From Candidatus Aceula meridiana (GTDB lineage Bacteria > Omnitrophota > Gorgyraeia > Zapsychrales > Aceulaceae), in contig JAVCDE010000026.1 of the NCBI GenBank assembly GCA_030765185.1, positions 108,007 to 172,006 of the forward strand: a stretch of 64,000 bases of DNA, written 5' to 3'. Numbering within the stretch: position 1 is the first letter of the stretch; each line of letters opens with the position of its first letter. This document shows positions 1-10,063 of this stretch, one piece after another. The notes under the pieces were generated by a model that saw only the letters and a list, made by a program, of their open reading frames with translations, was not told the DNA's origin and did no database searches. A program made the translations under genes and the position numbers.

Positions 1-23
1 ATACCTTAATCTAAATAACAAGG

Positions 24-767
24 ATGAGCATGCCATTTAACGACAAGGTCGTCATTGTTACAGGCGGATCTAGAGGTATCGGCAAAGCAATCGTCGAAGC
101 ATTTGTCCAAAGCAAGGCAAAAGTCTATTTTACTTATAATAAAAACGATGAAGCCGCAAAAGCCCTTAAGGATTCTACCGGAGCTATTCCGGTCAAATGT
201 TCGCAGACCGATAATGAGGGCATTGAAAAAACAGTCGATGCCATATGCCAAGACAACAAAAAAATCGACATATTGGTAAACAATGCCGGCATCACTTCAG
301 ATCAATTTTTAATGATGATGCCTTTTGAGCAATGGGAAAAGGTTATTAATGTTAATCTTAACGGTGCTTACCGCTGGGCAAAAGCTGTCAGCAGGACGAT
401 GATGACCGCGCAACAAGGAGCCATCATAAATGTTTCCTCTATCGCCGGGCTTGTTGGTACGCCGGGTCAAACAAATTATGCTGCCTCAAAAGGGGGCTTA
501 TTAGCTTTTACGCGTTCTCTAGCAGCGGAATTAGGGGCAAAAGGGATTCGTGTTAATGCTGTTGTGCCGGGCTTTATTGACACGGACATGACCGCTGTTA
601 TGCCCCGGCAGATCAAGCGGCAGAATCTTGAAAGAATTCTTTTGAAGCGTTTCGGCACACCTCAAGAAGTTGCTCAAATTGTTTTATTTTTATCCTCGGG
701 AAAAGCCTCCTATATCGTTGGACAGGCGATCGTCGTTGACGGCGGCCTGTCTTCTACCGCAATATAA
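24..767 (+). CDS. fabG: 3-oxoacyl-ACP reductase (SDR family)
   Basis: TGGSRGIG Rossmann motif, NNAG, YAASK catalytic motif, PGFIDTDMT; adjacent to fabD. Confidence 0.9.
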   Translation: MSMPFNDKVVIVTGGSRGIGKAIVEAFVQSKAKVYFTYNKNDEAAKALKDSTGAIPVKCSQTDNEGIEKTVDAICQDNKKIDILVNNAGITSDQFLMMMPFEQWEKVINVNLNGAYRWAKAVSRTMMTAQQGAIINVSSIAGLVGTPGQTNYAASKGGLLAFTRSLAAELGAKGIRVNAVVPGFIDTDMTAVMPRQIKRQNLERILLKRFGTPQEVAQIVLFLSSGKASYIVGQAIVVDGGLSSTAI

Positions 768-769
768 TT

Positions 770-1714
770 ATGGGAAAAACTGTATTTTTATTTCCTGGTC
801 AGGGATCTCAGGAAGTCGGCATGGGCCATGACTTATTCCGGCAGGATGACTATTTTATATCCCTCGTTAACAAAGCGAGCGAGCATGTCGGAGAAGACCT
901 TAAAAAAATATGTTTAAAGGGACCTGAAAAAAAAATGGCAAAGGCCTGTTTTCTTCAGCCTTTAATCGTAGCCGTTTCCCTCGGATATTTGCGATATATT
1001 AATGAGAAAAGAATTAATGTTGATTATGTCTTAGGGCATTCTCTCGGCGAGATAACCGTACTGGCTGCTGCCGGCGTCATTGATAACAGCTTAGCAATAG
1101 CCATTGCTGCCAAACGAGGGCAGTTGATGGATGAAGCCGCGGCAAATTGTGATGGCGGGATGATGGCCGTTTTGTCAGTAACTCCTCAAGAAGTTCAAAG
1201 ACTCATTAGTTCGTTAGGTCTTCAAGATACAGTTGTTGTCGCTAATTTTAATACGCCTAACCAGACTGTCGTATCCGGAAATCGATCCTCATTTGATCAA
1301 CTATCCTTAGAAATTGTTAAATCACAGGGAACATGTAAAAAGCTTAACGTTGCAGGGCCATGGCACAGTCCGTATCTTAAAGACGCCTATGAGCAATTTA
1401 AGATTTGGGCAGAATCAATTGTTTTTAAAACTCCAAACATTCCTTTAATTCTTAATAGCACAGGGCAACCGGAATCCGATCCGTTAAAAATAAAAGAATG
1501 CATTTCTGCAAGCTTAATTAATCCTGTTCGTTTTACAGAATGCATGAAATATTGTGAGGCGCACCAAGTTGATACTTTTCTTGAAATAGGGCCGGGGCGA
1601 GTTTTATCCGGCCTAGTAAGGGCGAATGGTTTTATGGAGACGACCAGGATTTATAAGGTTAACAATTTACGGGGTGTTGAATTAGCCGCCTCTGAGTTGC
1701 TTGCTAAAAAGTAG
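770..1714 (+). CDS. fabD: Malonyl-CoA:ACP transacylase
   Basis: FPGQGSQ, GHSLGE nucleophile elbow, AGPWHS, EIGPGRVL. Confidence 0.9.
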   Translation: MGKTVFLFPGQGSQEVGMGHDLFRQDDYFISLVNKASEHVGEDLKKICLKGPEKKMAKACFLQPLIVAVSLGYLRYINEKRINVDYVLGHSLGEITVLAAAGVIDNSLAIAIAAKRGQLMDEAAANCDGGMMAVLSVTPQEVQRLISSLGLQDTVVVANFNTPNQTVVSGNRSSFDQLSLEIVKSQGTCKKLNVAGPWHSPYLKDAYEQFKIWAESIVFKTPNIPLILNSTGQPESDPLKIKECISASLINPVRFTECMKYCEAHQVDTFLEIGPGRVLSGLVRANGFMETTRIYKVNNLRGVELAASELLAKK

Positions 1715-2800
1715 TTAATCACAGGGCAGGGAAAAGTATTTATCAAGACGTGCGAACAGGGATTTATCCCCTTCAATAATAATTTTTTTCTCAGAGAGCG
1801 CATTGCGCGCGTTTATCTCGCGCAAGAAGATTTGCGCCCATACCTCACTGCTGGTTGTGATTTTCAAATCCCAGTTATCAATTTTTGATTCTTCCAAAGA
1901 GCATTTTCCTTTATTGATCTTAATTGCAAGCTGGACGTCTTTATCAGTAAAGTCAAATTGAATTGATGCTTTGAGCCGATTCGTAGCTTGAGGATCAACA
2001 TGACGGACCATCTCGCTGATAAGAATTTTAGGATTTCTTACGATTATGCTGTTGACATAATTCGGATCCATGGCTTTTGATCCCAGGTTTTGCGCTTCCT
2101 GCCAATAAATATTGGAATCTTCCGTAAAATGCTCAATGTTTTCTGATAAGGGTGCACTAGCCCTTTTCATAGTCACGCTTGAAACCTTTCTTTGTGTTGC
2201 AAGTTCAAAACCGGCTCTTTTAAAAGAAGCATTAACATTTTTGATAGTCTTCGGTTTTAAATATGTGAATGGCAAGAGATATGATTCCGGACGAATCAGA
2301 CTTCCGCTTAAAGGAAGCTGTAGGCCTTCTGAAAAAAGTTCTAAGGTTTTTCGAGCACCCTCAAAAGTATTTAAACCCCGAAAAGCACCGACTAGGATGT
2401 AGGCCATTTTTTGAGGCCATTGTTTCGGATTGCGTATTGCGTTTCGAATATTCTCTGAACCTACGGGAAGGTGCTCATTTTTCATATAGGGTAATAGGCG
2501 GTCTAAAAAAACTTTAAGGTAGCCGCTAACGCTGTAGATATACAGAGGGGTCGAAAACACAACGATATCGCTAGCGGTAAACACTTTCATGATAGAAGCC
2601 ATGTCATCATCATGAACGCATTTACCTGGGGTGACAAGCCAGCAGTTGTAGCAGCCGTGGCATTGATTGATTTTTTTTGATTTTAGATCTATTTCGGTGA
2701 CTTCGGCTTTGCCTTGTTTAAGGCCTTCAATGAAGAGGTCGGTTAATTTTTGGGTATGGCCGTTTTTTCTTGGATTTGCCCGAATTATCGCTACTTTCAT
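1715..2800 (-). CDS. Iron-sulfur flavoprotein/NADPH-dependent FMN reductase fused to C-terminal SCP2 lipid-binding domain
   Basis: NPRKNGHT, CHGCYNCW...C Fe-S motif, STPLY; C-terminal IQFDF...IIIEGDKSLF resembles the SCP2 fold. Confidence 0.75.
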   Translation of the reverse strand: MKVAIIRANPRKNGHTQKLTDLFIEGLKQGKAEVTEIDLKSKKINQCHGCYNCWLVTPGKCVHDDDMASIMKVFTASDIVVFSTPLYIYSVSGYLKVFLDRLLPYMKNEHLPVGSENIRNAIRNPKQWPQKMAYILVGAFRGLNTFEGARKTLELFSEGLQLPLSGSLIRPESYLLPFTYLKPKTIKNVNASFKRAGFELATQRKVSSVTMKRASAPLSENIEHFTEDSNIYWQEAQNLGSKAMDPNYVNSIIVRNPKILISEMVRHVDPQATNRLKASIQFDFTDKDVQLAIKINKGKCSLEESKIDNWDLKITTSSEVWAQIFLREINARNALSEKKIIIEGDKSLFARLDKYFSLPCD

Positions 2801-3264
2801 ATTTCCCCTTCAATCGCTGCGAGCGTGAGTATGCCTTTGGCAACAATTTTTCGTCCTACAGTTGCTTCGACATTGTAAGAATATAGATTTTCAAATTTTT
2901 CTCTGCTCTCGGAGATTAATTCAAGAGTTTCTCCTGGAAAAGCAGGGGAAGTGAATTTTACATTAGACGAGGCAAGATAAAATAACTTCGGGGGTTCGTT
3001 TTCCTTGTCCGAAGTTGTTTTTTTAGTGAATCCAAGCAGAAGCCCACTTGTTTGGGCCAAGGCATCGAGCACCAAAGCACCCGGCATAATGGCTTTTTGA
3101 GGGAAGTGTCCTTCAAACCAGGGTTCGTCTGACCGTATTGTTCTTTCGGCTATTATTATTTTATTAGGTTTAAATTTGATGACTCTATCGACAAAAAGAA
3201 AAGGCGGGCGATGGGGGATGATATCAAGAATTTCGTTTAGTCCAAAGATTGTTTTTTTATCCAT
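2797..3264 (-). CDS. fabZ: 3-hydroxyacyl-ACP dehydratase
   Basis: IPHRPPFLFVDR, FEGHFP..AIMPG, DALAQ. Confidence 0.85.
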   Translation of the reverse strand: MDKKTIFGLNEILDIIPHRPPFLFVDRVIKFKPNKIIIAERTIRSDEPWFEGHFPQKAIMPGALVLDALAQTSGLLLGFTKKTTSDKENEPPKLFYLASSNVKFTSPAFPGETLELISESREKFENLYSYNVEATVGRKIVAKGILTLAAIEGEI

Positions 3265-3267
3265 AGG

Positions 3268-4065
3268 TCAGTACTCTTTTTCAACAGTTGTTATGATGTG
3301 GGTAGATCCTCGCCCGGATTCTAGTCCTTCATATTTTACCCAAACATGAGGGCTTTCTTTTGTATACCAGAGCAGGGTCGGCGGAACAAACCTATCCAGA
3401 ATTAAATTGAATGCTCCCATGTCTGGCCGGATAGTTATTTTTATAGTTTCAATTTCTTCTGATCCAATTAACAATTTGTCTTCTTTAACAAAACGCGCTT
3501 TCAATTTATAAAGCCCGGGTTCACTGCTTAGGAAATTAAAGGAGATTGTTTTTCTCGCAATAAGGTCATTAATAAATGGCCTCAAAAAATAAATAAGAGT
3601 CGCGTAATCAGTGGTGCGAGTTTTTAAAGGTAATGTTGATTTTTCTGTTATTTTATTGTTTGCATTTTTTTCTGTAATCCGAATGACTTTTTTATTATAG
3701 TCATATTCTTTTTTGCAGGCATTGATATTCTTTCCGTTCTTATCGCTTATGGTGAACGCGGTATAAACAGGAGAAAGGACGTTTTGATTGAGTTCTGTCT
3801 CAGATTCAATAGTCCAGGCCACATCTCGAAATTTGCCGTAGCTTCCTTTTCCGGATTTAATGAGCAGGTAACGATTGTCAGAAATTTTTTTAAAATTGAC
3901 AGATAATCGGGATAGGAAAATCCCTGTTTTTTTCTCAATTGTTGTTTGTTGGTAGATTTCATGTTCAGGGAATGTATATTGGCCGAAGCTTTTAACAGGA
4001 AATACAAGAAGCGCTAAAATGATAGAAATAATTGATGATATCTTTTTCATGCCGAATTGTAACAT
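3268..4065 (-). CDS. Exported beta-rich hypothetical protein (DUF3108-like)
   Basis: N-terminal signal-like hydrophobic stretch; alternating beta-strand pattern; LWYT...PHVWVKYEG C-terminus. Confidence 0.55.
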   Translation of the reverse strand: MLQFGMKKISSIISIILALLVFPVKSFGQYTFPEHEIYQQTTIEKKTGIFLSRLSVNFKKISDNRYLLIKSGKGSYGKFRDVAWTIESETELNQNVLSPVYTAFTISDKNGKNINACKKEYDYNKKVIRITEKNANNKITEKSTLPLKTRTTDYATLIYFLRPFINDLIARKTISFNFLSSEPGLYKLKARFVKEDKLLIGSEEIETIKITIRPDMGAFNLILDRFVPPTLLWYTKESPHVWVKYEGLESGRGSTHIITTVEKEY

Positions 4066-4187
4066 ATTAGATGAATTTTTTAAACTTGTAATTTAACTCG
4101 TGGTCGTTATAATAATTTGCCCATTGCGAGTCCTTTAAAAGAAGCCGCATGGAATATCGATAACCTGATACGCCAAAAGAAGTTGAT

Positions 4188-4751
4188 ATGAAATTATATA
4201 GATTTCTATTTATTGTTATATTTTTATTTTTATGCTCATCTGAAACAGTTTTAGCCCAGGAAAGGGCTAAGACGCTAGTCGTGTATTATTCACGCACAGG
4301 CAATACGCGCAAGGTCGCTAAACGCATAGCTGAAAAATTTGATGCTGATGTTGAAGAGCTGATCGACCAGAAAAAAAGAACAGGGTTTATAGGTTTTTCC
4401 GCTGCGGGAAAAGACGCATTAGCGCACAATCTGACCACAATAGATGCATTGAAACTTAATCCGCAGGATTATGATGTTATCTTAATCGGGACCCCATCGT
4501 GGTTTAGTAATATGACCCCGGCTGTCCGAACTTTTATAAGTCAATACGACCTATCGGATAAAAGAGTCGGGGTGTTTGCTACAGCAAACAAAACCGGGGT
4601 AAAAAGTACTGTAGACAAAATTACCAAAATAATATCTAAGGATGATTTTAAAAATATACCTAAGCTACCTCTGGTTAAGAAGGACTTGGAAAAAAGCCTC
4701 CTAGAAGAAAGAATTAAAGAATTTTATGCTCAAGTAATTAGCCTTGAGTAG
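4188..4751 (+). CDS. Flavodoxin with N-terminal signal peptide
   Basis: YYSRTGNT FMN-binding loop, IGTPSW; MKLYRFLFIVIFLFLC..VLA leader. Confidence 0.8.
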   Translation: MKLYRFLFIVIFLFLCSSETVLAQERAKTLVVYYSRTGNTRKVAKRIAEKFDADVEELIDQKKRTGFIGFSAAGKDALAHNLTTIDALKLNPQDYDVILIGTPSWFSNMTPAVRTFISQYDLSDKRVGVFATANKTGVKSTVDKITKIISKDDFKNIPKLPLVKKDLEKSLLEERIKEFYAQVISLE

Positions 4752-4806
4752 GCTTTTTTAATATTGAACTTTTCGATTTTTTAAGCAATTATTTAAAGGA
4801 GGCGAG

Positions 4807-5358
4807 GTGAAAACAATTTCATTCATTTTAAGTATGCTCGTTTTTTTCGGTTTATGCTCACCATCTGTTCAAGCTCAAGAGCCAATCAATGTCTATGGCT
4901 TTGACGTTGAAGATATCGATGGGAATCCAGTCTCGCTATCGAATTACAAGGGCAAGGTTCTTTTAATTGTTAATACAGCTTCGCGATGCGGTTTTACGCG
5001 TCAATATAAGCCCCTGGAAGAACTTTATCAGAAATACAAAGATCAAGGGCTCGTCGTCTTAGGTTTTCCGGCTAATAATTTTATGAATCAGGAGCCAGGA
5101 ACAAACGAAGAAATTAAAAACTTTTGTTTTCTCAATTACAAAACGACATTCCCGTTATTTTCCAAGATTAGCGTAAAAGGAAAAGACATCCATCCGCTTT
5201 ACGGTTATTTAACAACTCAGGGAGAGTTTCCTGGAGCTATTACCTGGAATTTTAATAAATTTTTAATTGGCAAGGATGGCCAAGTTATCGGGCGTTTTGG
5301 AGCCCGTGTAGACCCACTTGATCCTAAAATTGTTTCTGCGATTAAAGACCAACTTTAA
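4807..5358 (+). CDS. Glutathione peroxidase family protein (Cys type) with signal peptide
   Basis: NTASRCGFT, GFPANNF..QEPG, WNFNKFLI; GTG start after AAGGAGG. Confidence 0.9.
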   Translation: MKTISFILSMLVFFGLCSPSVQAQEPINVYGFDVEDIDGNPVSLSNYKGKVLLIVNTASRCGFTRQYKPLEELYQKYKDQGLVVLGFPANNFMNQEPGTNEEIKNFCFLNYKTTFPLFSKISVKGKDIHPLYGYLTTQGEFPGAITWNFNKFLIGKDGQVIGRFGARVDPLDPKIVSAIKDQL

Positions 5359-5408
5359 AGAACGCTATACTGAAATAGCGGTATTTTAGGTGAGGTCTTC
5401 ACAAGACA

Positions 5409-5440
5409 GGTTCTAACTCGTTTGACCCAGCGACCCCAGC
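5409..5440 (+). repeat. att-like repeat copy 1 (tRNA 3'-end-like)
   Basis: GGTTCTAAC-N9-CCAGCGACCCCAGC; minus strand reads WGRWVKRVRT. Confidence 0.75.
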
Positions 5441-5567
5441 TTTTAAGCCTGCTCTCCCGACGAGGTTAGGATTTCTTATTAACAAATTAACAACTTCTTC
5501 CCTTTGCATTAAGCTTATTGTTTTGGGAACATTTTGATTCCTTATGATTAAAGCCAGCTAGAATTCA

Positions 5568-5595
5568 TTGACAATTTAGAGAGGGGTGTTAGATT
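5568..5595 (+). promoter_or_regulatory. Putative sigma70 promoter for the PurD-like gene
   Basis: TTGACA-16 nt-TAGATT with a TG extension. Confidence 0.45.
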
Positions 5596-5649
5596 GTTTC
5601 TAAATAAATTTACTTTCGATGTGACAATATTTTAAATGGAGTTACCACA

Positions 5650-6933
5650 ATGAAATTTTTATTTGTCTCTATTGACGCCCTGATCAATGACATCGCGTGG
5701 CAGGTAGCGAAAGAAGGGCACGACGTACGTTACTACATCAAAAATAAAAACGTACGTGACATCGCAGATGGATTTGTCCCAAAAACAGAAGACTGGCGCC
5801 GCGATGTTGATTGGGCGGATGTTATTGTGTTTGATGATGTTTTAGGTCAAGGCAAGGACGCTGCGCGATTAAGGGCTAAGGGTAAAAAGGTTATCGGCGG
5901 CACCCCCTACACTGACAAGCTTGAGGATGACCGCTCTTTTGGACAGGAGGAGCTTAAGAAATATGGGGTTAATATTCTTCCCTATCAGGAATTCAATTCG
6001 TTCGATGAAGCCATTGATTTTGTTAAGGCCAATCCGTCGCGCTATGTGATTAAGCCGAGCGGCGAGGCGCAAAATATCAAGCGGCTACTTTTCATTGGGG
6101 AGTCGGACAACGGTGAGGATGTAATCCAGGTTCTGGAAAGCTATAAGCGCGCCTGGGCGAAGCATATCAAGGTCTTCCAATTGCAGAAGCGCGTGACCGG
6201 GGTGGAAATTGCTGTTGGCGCCTTTTTTAATGGAAATGAGTTTATGCTTCCCATCAATATTAACTTTGAACATAAAAAGCTTTTTCCCGGAAACATCGGG
6301 CCATCTACCGGCGAGATGGGGACATCGATGTATTGGAGCAGCGAAAATAAAATTTTTAATGCCACCTTAAAAAAACTTGAGCCCAAGCTGAAGAAAGAGG
6401 GGTATATCGGCTACATCGACATTAACTGCATTGTGAATGCCTCGGGCATCTACCCTCTTGAATTTACATCACGCTTCGGATATCCGACCATCAACATACA
6501 GCAGGAGGGGATATCAATGCCGATCAGCGAATTCTTTTACGGCATGGCATCAGGAACACTTAAGAATTTTAAGACTAAAAATGGATTTCAGGTTGGAGTG
6601 CGTATCGTGATGCCGCCCTACCCTTTTAAGGATGAAAAGACCTTCAGAGATTGCTCCAAAGACGCCGTTATATTCTTTAAGAAGCCAAACGTAGAGGGGG
6701 TTCATATAGTCGATACCAAATTGGTTAACGGTCAGTGGTTGGTGGCCGGTGATACGGGTGTCGTTCTGGTTGTCTGCGGAACCGGCTCAACGCTCAAACA
6801 GGCCAGGGCTCAGGCTTATGCACGCGTTAGTAACATTATGATTCCCAGTATGTATTACCGCACGGATATCGGTGAGCGCTGGTATGAAGATAGCGACAAA
6901 CTGCATTCCTGGGGCTATCTTAGAGAAATGTGA
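5650..6933 (+). CDS. PurD-like ATP-grasp ligase (phosphoribosylamine-glycine ligase-related, atypical)
   Basis: VIKPSG, NFEHKKLFPGNIGPSTGEMG, LEFTSRFGYP, MYYRTDIG; lacks the canonical GSGGREHA N-terminus. Confidence 0.75.
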   Translation: MKFLFVSIDALINDIAWQVAKEGHDVRYYIKNKNVRDIADGFVPKTEDWRRDVDWADVIVFDDVLGQGKDAARLRAKGKKVIGGTPYTDKLEDDRSFGQEELKKYGVNILPYQEFNSFDEAIDFVKANPSRYVIKPSGEAQNIKRLLFIGESDNGEDVIQVLESYKRAWAKHIKVFQLQKRVTGVEIAVGAFFNGNEFMLPININFEHKKLFPGNIGPSTGEMGTSMYWSSENKIFNATLKKLEPKLKKEGYIGYIDINCIVNASGIYPLEFTSRFGYPTINIQQEGISMPISEFFYGMASGTLKNFKTKNGFQVGVRIVMPPYPFKDEKTFRDCSKDAVIFFKKPNVEGVHIVDTKLVNGQWLVAGDTGVVLVVCGTGSTLKQARAQAYARVSNIMIPSMYYRTDIGERWYEDSDKLHSWGYLREM

Positions 6934-6968
6934 TCTTGGCTTATTTGATTCGTTTCGACTCATAGGCT

Positions 6969-7000
6969 ATTTCGAAATTCGCTGATGAAGCGACCCCAGC
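6969..7000 (+). repeat. att-like repeat copy 2
   Basis: ATTTCGAAA-N9-GAAGCGACCCCAGC in the same register as copy 1; minus strand reads WGRFISEFRNSL*. Confidence 0.7.
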
Positions 7001-7003
7001 TAT

Positions 7004-7042
7004 AAAACCTCCTTGCAGCTTATTCAGCCGAAAGGAGGTTTT
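7004..7042. terminator. Hairpin/terminator after repeat copy 2
   Basis: AAAACCTCCTT...AAGGAGGTTTT inverted repeat. Confidence 0.65.
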
Positions 7043-7140
7043 ACTGTATCTTCTATGTAAGGGCGGAATCTTTTTTTTGTTTAAAAGAGTGTATGAGAGC
7101 ATCCTGATACAATAAATTATTAAAAAAAGGAGATTACGGT

Positions 7141-7935
7141 ATGAATTCATCTCAAATAAGAAAGATGCTGAACAAGGTTCCAGAAGTCACCATTTATTTC
7201 TGGATAATCAAAGTTTTGTGTACAACGGTAGGAGAGACTGCCGCAGACTATCTAAATGAGGCGCTGAATTTTGGATTGACTGGAACGTCGCTTGTTATGA
7301 GTGTTTTGCTAATTTTCATAATGTTTTTTCAATTTAAAACTAAAAAATATATTCCATCAATTTACTGGCTTGCTGTTGTTTTAATTAGTATCGTTGGTGC
7401 TTTGATAACTGATAATCTGTCGGATAACTTTAATATTCCGCTTGAAGCGACAATCATCGTATTTTCGATTCTTCTCATTCTAACTTTTAGTGTGTGGTAT
7501 AGGGCTGAGAAGACGTTGTCTATATGCGCAATTGATACTCCTCGATGAGAAGCCTTTTATTGGTTAGCTGTCCTATCTACTTTTGCCTTGGGGACGGCCG
7601 CTGGTGACCTTATAGCTGAGAAATTTGGCATTGGGTATTTAAATTCAATATTTATATTTGGAAGCATTGCCATTGTCGCAATCGTTTACTATGGAGCGAA
7701 AGGAACTGCGGAGCATAAGCTTGAATCCATGTACGCAATTTTAGCTTTTTGGGTTGCTTATATTTTTACACGACCATTTGGCGCATCGATAGGTGATTAT
7801 TTGTCCCAGGTTCATGCTGACGGCGGTCTCGGGTTTGGAGCAATGACAACAAGCGCACTTTTCCTTATTTCGATTTTAGGTCTTGTGATGTATCTAACTT
7901 TTACGAGAAAGGATGAGATTTCTGCAAAAGATTGA
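7141..7935 (+). pseudogene. COG4705/DUF347 membrane protein interrupted by an in-frame TGA
   Basis: NKVPEVTIYFWIIK..TTVGETAAD, GTAAGD, TRPFGASIGD; ORFs 7141-7548 and 7588-7935 share a frame; TGA at 7546-7548 within TPR*EAFYW. Confidence 0.8.
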
Positions 7936-7976
7936 AAATATTTTGCAGAAAGTTAGGGCGCGAACTGTATTAAATA

Positions 7977-8007
7977 GGTTCTAACCTGGCCCAGCCAGCG
8001 ACCCCAG
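7977..8007 (+). repeat. att-like repeat copy 3
   Basis: GGTTCTAAC-N9-CCAGCGACCCCAG; minus strand reads WGRWLGQVRTYL. Confidence 0.75.
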
Positions 8008-8012
8008 ATAAT

Positions 8013-8049
8013 AACCCTCTGTGAGTCAATGACTTGCAGTGGGTTTTTT
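8013..8049 (+). terminator. Hairpin with T-tract after repeat copy 3
   Basis: AACCCTCTGTGAGTCA-A-TGACTTGCAGTGGGTTTTTT imperfect stem. Confidence 0.55.
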
Positions 8050-8193
8050 GTAACTCTTTGGCGCGAGGTAGAGCTTTTTAAGATGAGATATAATTAAATT
8101 TTTGCCTTTCACAAATCAATCTTTTTCTTTAATTATTTTTTATTATTTGTTATAATTCTTTCGAATGTGAAATGAAAAAGAAGGGATATCAGA

Positions 8194-9960
8194 ATGGATT
8201 TTGGAGAATTTGAGTTTTATAAAAGAAAAATAATCATTAGGATTAAAAATAGAATCTGCGAAAATTCTGATGAACTAATTTCTAGCAAATTGTTTTTATG
8301 TATTTTGAAAAAGTGTATACAGGACCTACAGGTACGTGATTCCGATCTACTTGCAATATTTAAAACAAAGAAAATAGATGACGCAGACATTAAGAAATTG
8401 GTTCAAACATTCTTGTATTTGACAAAAATGAAGAGGGACTTGGTCCCTAATGTTGTAAAAGGGGCAGAAACATTCTTAAAGGATAGAATGTTGTTTAATG
8501 ATTTTGTTGAATATCTATATAATTATTGGCGAAGTTTTGACCGCTTCATTATTTGTTCCTCAGAAGAAGCAGATGTTGAGCCACGTCCTTATCGTATTTT
8601 TAATGAAACAATCGAGCAATTAACCCATTTGGTGAGGGCGACTTATCGTGATATTGAAGAAAATATCACAGGAGCTCACCCTAACATTTATCGTCAGGTT
8701 CGCGCTGGAGCTGAAGTGGCTTCTATTGCAACTGCTCAAGAAATTAATTTCCCTTCAGAGGTTTATAATAAGTTAAACGTCATTCCAATGATTCGTCAAG
8801 TTCTTTTGTATCCACCGCTTATTTTAAATCCTTCGATGAATAAAAGAACGGGGGTTTTTGAAAGAGTTTACAAGAATCCTTTGGATGGGTTAAATATTAA
8901 GAAAAAAGAGTGGGTTTGTTATCCTGCCAAGGTTGGGGAACTTCTGATTTTAATTTATTTTCATAACATCTTTGTTGAGCTGGGATATTCTTTAGCAAAT
9001 CTTTTTCAATTGGCAGATGAGGCCGATTTGCAAAGAAAACCAGATGCTGTTTATTGTTTTGGTGTTCCTGAAAGCACTGTAAAAGGTTTAGGAAAATACC
9101 AAACAGTTTTCTTCGACGATGAAGAAAATGGGATGCTTTCTGCGGTTGTTCCTAGAGGCGAGGAGTTTGGTTATTTTGGGTATTTGAAAAAAATGGTATT
9201 AACTCTTCATAATATTGTGATGATGAAGAAAGGGCAAATGCCTTTTCACGGGGCATTGGTCGATGTTACATTAAAGACAAAGAGACGGGCAACAGTTTTA
9301 TTGATTGGAGATAGCGGGGCGGGAAAATCTGAAACATTGGAGGCATTTCGAGAAATTGGAGATGAGGTCATCAAAGATATTAATATTATCGCAGATGATA
9401 TGGGCTCTATTAGAATGAATAAGAAAAAAGAGGCTGTGGGGATAGGAACTGAAATTGGGGCTTTTTTAAGGTTAGATGATTTAAAACCTGGATATGCGTT
9501 TGGACAAATAGACAGGGCTATCATTATGAGTGCCAATAAGGTGAATGCACGGATTATTATGCCTATTACAGCATATGAACGTGTAATTAAAGAACATAAG
9601 ATCGATTTCATATTGTATGCGAATAATTATGAACAAACTGATAGTGACCATCCTTTAATTGAACGAATTACAGATGCTCAAAAGGCTTTAGATGTTTTTA
9701 AAGAAGGAACTGTTATGAGCAAGGGCACGACAACAGCAACGGGTTTGGTTCATTCCTATTTTGCTAATATCTTTGGTCCTCCTCAATATAGAGAATTACA
9801 TGATAAAATTGCGAGAAAATTTTTTAAGATATTCTTTGATAAAAGAATTTTTGTAGGGCAAATGCGGACGCGTCTTGGAATTCTAGGATATGAGCAGAAA
9901 GGTCCGGAAGATGCAGCCAGAGCATTATTGGAAATCATAAATTCAGGGACGGCGTGTTAG
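8194..9960 (+). CDS. Phosphoenolpyruvate carboxykinase-like protein (Clostridia-type)
   Basis: YFGYLKKM, PFHGA, P-loop GDSGAGKSE, ADDMG, GTEIGAFLRLDD, NARI. Confidence 0.8.
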   Translation: MDFGEFEFYKRKIIIRIKNRICENSDELISSKLFLCILKKCIQDLQVRDSDLLAIFKTKKIDDADIKKLVQTFLYLTKMKRDLVPNVVKGAETFLKDRMLFNDFVEYLYNYWRSFDRFIICSSEEADVEPRPYRIFNETIEQLTHLVRATYRDIEENITGAHPNIYRQVRAGAEVASIATAQEINFPSEVYNKLNVIPMIRQVLLYPPLILNPSMNKRTGVFERVYKNPLDGLNIKKKEWVCYPAKVGELLILIYFHNIFVELGYSLANLFQLADEADLQRKPDAVYCFGVPESTVKGLGKYQTVFFDDEENGMLSAVVPRGEEFGYFGYLKKMVLTLHNIVMMKKGQMPFHGALVDVTLKTKRRATVLLIGDSGAGKSETLEAFREIGDEVIKDINIIADDMGSIRMNKKKEAVGIGTEIGAFLRLDDLKPGYAFGQIDRAIIMSANKVNARIIMPITAYERVIKEHKIDFILYANNYEQTDSDHPLIERITDAQKALDVFKEGTVMSKGTTTATGLVHSYFANIFGPPQYRELHDKIARKFFKIFFDKRIFVGQMRTRLGILGYEQKGPEDAARALLEIINSGTAC

Positions 9961-10063
9961 GCAGTGTGAGTATTTACAAAGCTTTGTTTGGGAAAAGCAG
10001 ATTAGAAAGGTTTTAATCTGTTCCATTTAGTCACCTCAGTACTTTTTATAGGATTAATGAGAA

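Noticed and set aside
4975-4998. Selenocysteine in the glutathione peroxidase
   Set aside because: The active-site codon is TGC (Cys).
5411-5471. Integron attC site (TTCTAACTCG...CGAGGTTAGGA)
   Set aside because: The pairing exists only in copy 1, the other copies lack a matching GTTRRRY end, and there is no intI; the tRNA-end att interpretation explains all copies.
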